Shown: positions 61,471 through 64,000 of the stretch, piece by piece
Position numbering within the stretch: position 1 is the stretch's first letter
How the letters are laid out: the number at the start of each line of letters is the position of its first letter
Assembly: GCF_006345805.1 (NCBI RefSeq)
Contig: NC_043011.1
Span: 6,448,001-6,512,000, forward strand
Source: Octopus sinensis
Lineage: Eukaryota
Length of the DNA stretch: 64,000 nt
Direction: 5' to 3'
Made by a program: the position numbers and the translations under genes
The notes under the pieces: generated by a model
What the model saw: only the letters and a program-made list of their open reading frames with translations
The model's database searches: none
Told to the model about the DNA's origin: nothing

Positions 61471-62876
61471 CGTAGGATATAAACCACAGCTATCAAACCT
61501 GGAGCAATTAACAAGTATTATTGTGTATAAAACTGGCCCTCCATTGGTTATGAAGGTGCCAATCGATCTGATCAATGCAACAGCCTGCTTGTGAAATTAA
61601 TGTGCGAGTGGTCGAGCACTCCACAGACTCGTGCACCCTTAACATAATTCTCAGGGAGATTCAGCAAAACACAGAATATGACAAGGTTGGCCCCACTTGA
61701 ATTACAGGTAAAACTCATTTTTGCCAGCTGAACGGACTGGAACAAGGTGAAATGAAATGTCTTGCTGAAGGACACAATGGGTGGTGGAATCAAACTCATG
61801 ACCTTGTGATTGCCAGCTGGATTCCCTAACCCCTAAAGCCATGCACCTTCCACGTCTTATTTATTATTTAGGAGCCACATTCCAATAATGGAGTGGGAAT
61901 TAGCTTCAAATACCAGCTTGCTTCTCCCCCCCCCCCACCGCCACCTTCCCCAAATTTCGCTCCTGGTACTTATGTACCTCCCACCTCCATTCTCTCTCTC
62001 TCTCTCTCTCTCTACCTTACCCCCCACCACACACCATTCAAATGCCACTCTGACAAACACCTACAATGACAGCTTTTTCAAGTCAGGTTTATTTACTTGC
62101 TGCCTGTCTTCAAATTGAGGGGGTTTTTAACCTGACAACTCAAGACACCTCTTCGTCCCCTTCCCCAACCCTGGTTGTTCTCTGTTTTCCCCCTCCCCCT
62201 CCAACCTTTCTTATCAATGCTGACTCATTCAACATTTCACTGGGGTGGGGAATCTGATGTGTGTTTTTTTTTTATTTTAATAAAAGACATTACACCCAAC
62301 ATTGACTCTTCTCTCAACATTACTATCATTTCAAAAGGTATGAGCAGAATTGCGACCTATGTCTCCCCTCCTACTGGCTCTACGTCCTGAGTTCAAATCC
62401 TGCCAAGGTCATCCTTTTGGGGTTCCATACAATAAAGACCCAGTCAAACAGTTGAGTTAATGATGTCAACTTACCCCCCCCCCCCCCTTCAAAATTGTCG
62501 ATCCTTTGGCCTCAATCAGAAACCATTATTCAAAGGAAGGAAGCTGGCTGAATCTTTTGAGCAGCATTTGTTCTGATGCTTTTCATTCTGAGTTCAAATC
62601 CTACCTATGTCACTTTTGTCATTCTTCCAGGGTGCATAAAATAAAGGACAATACTAGAATGAAAGGTGTTGGTGACCACCTCCCTCAAAATAGTTGGCCT
62701 TGGGCCTAAGTCAGAAATTAATATTATTTCAGTGATGTTAAGGTAACGAGCTGACAGAATCGTTAACAAGCTGGACAAAATGCTTCGCGGCATTTGTTGT
62801 CCTTACGTCCTGAGTTCAAATTCTGCTTGGTGAATTGATTCGTTATCACCTGAGTCAATTATATCTTATCCTTTAA

Positions 62877-63107
62877 GGTGGCGAGCTGGCAGAATCGTTA
62901 GCACGCCGGGCGAAATGCTTTGCGGTATTTCGTCTGCCGCTGCGTTCTGAGTTCAAATTCCGCCGAGGTCGACTTTGCCTTTCATCGTTTCGGGGTCGAT
63001 AAGTTAAGTACCAGTTACACACTGGGGTCGTTGTAATCGACTTAATTCGTTTGTCTATCTTTGTTTGTCCTCTCTGTGTTTAGCCCCTTGTGGGTAATAA
63101 GAAAACA
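62877..63107 (+). mobile_element. SINE family B with 17-bp TSD
   Basis: TSD TATATCTTATCCTTTAA at 62860-62876 and 63108-63124. Confidence 0.9.
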
Positions 63108-63602
63108 TATATCTTATCCTTTAATGCCCCTTGGAACTATATTTTATTAACCTTGAAGGGATAAAAAATTTAATCAACTCTGACTAGATTTGAACTCTGA
63201 AACTAAATACAACCTTTTCTGATTCTCTCCTACTTTTGACATTCCACTGTCTTTGAGTGAAATAATGGGTTCTGCTTTAGATACAAGGCCAGCAATTTTG
63301 AGTGGAGGGGGCTTCAGGGATCACATCCATTCCAGTATTTGACAGGGATTTTATTTTATTAACCCTTTTGATCTCATAAAGTGTTAGAACAAATACTGCT
63401 CTAATTATTAACAATTAAATATCTTGCAGTGTTGATCTCATTGGAGATTTAGCTGCTTTTCCTAACAGGTCAAGAGGTTGCATAGAGATCCCCGTTGTTT
63501 TCGCTTTTGAAGTTGTCTGTAGATATACTTTATTGTGAACGGTTCTGTATCTCCTTGTTCTGAGTTCAAATTCTGCAGATGTTAGTTAAACAAAATACAC
63601 AT

Positions 63603-64000
63603 TCATCATCATCATCGTTATCATTTAATGTCTGCTTTCCATGCTGGCAATGGTTAGACTGGAACTGGCAATCCGAGAGCTGTTCCAGGCTCCAGTGTGA
63701 TTTTGGCTTCGTTTGTGTGGCTGCAATGCCCTTCCTAATGCCAACCACTCCAAGAGTGTAGGGGTTACCTTTAATGTGCCACTAGCATGGGTGCCGTTTG
63801 CATGCCACCAACATGGGTGCTTTTGTGTCACTGACACTGGCCACAACTAGGATTTCACTTGATGAGTCTTCTCAAGCACAGCAAATCACCCAAAGGACTT
63901 GATCACATGTCATCACCTCCGTGAGACCCAACTTTCTAAGATCAGGCTTCACCACCTCCTCTCATGTCTTCCTGGTCTACCTCTACCAGAGGTTCCCTCC
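63603..64000 (-). mobile_element. Diverged RTE 3' end running off the window
   Basis: The - strand reads EGTSGRGRP...; 3' UTR motif GGCATTAGGAAGGGCAT; (GAT)n tail at ~63603-63625. Confidence 0.7.

Noticed and set aside
4143-63107. Dispersed near-identical repeats as a CRISPR array or tRNA genes
   Set aside because: The repeats are 220-420 bp, dispersed, in both orientations and carry TSDs or tails, so they are SINEs. The heads have only A/B-box-like motifs and no cloverleaf I could build.
1-64000. Fanzor/TnpB, viral or horizontally acquired bacterial genes
   Set aside because: No RuvC-, integrase-, capsid- or operon-like ORF was recognisable in any frame I examined; heavily decayed remnants cannot be excluded without profile searches.

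Overview
AT-rich, repeat-dense eukaryotic genomic DNA. The SINE families, (TA)n/(TATG)n load and intron style look like an octopus or other coleoid cephalopod; this is inferred from repeat content and not verified. The only host gene I can support is the 3' part of a + strand MGAT4A/B-like N-acetylglucosaminyltransferase IV. It has ten GT-AG coding exons (8-141, 6599-6648, 11262-11375, 11593-11668, 12404-12518, 13384-13514, 19986-20093, 21543-21736, 25598-25853, 29464-29490) that splice in phase into an uninterrupted frame ending in TGA at 29488-29490. The 5' exons lie upstream of the window. The rest is decayed mobile DNA: RTE and CR1/L2-type LINE fragments, a dead mariner, at least three tRNA-type SINE families in many copies, TTAA-flanked piggyBac-type MITEs and many fold-back palindromes. 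There are also very long TA/TATG microsatellites, including a ~7.2 kb tract at 45.4-52.6 kb, and a 100-N gap at 581-680. Almost all ORFs in the supplied track are microsatellite or TE artefacts. The most interesting signals are two different minimal type-I hammerhead-ribozyme-like motifs. One is a direct-repeat pair exactly 900 bp apart in intron 1 (Penelope/retrozyme-like architecture); the other is an inverted pair at ~54.25 kb inside a cluster of long hairpins. Neither is shown to be active, and each has one non-canonical core base.
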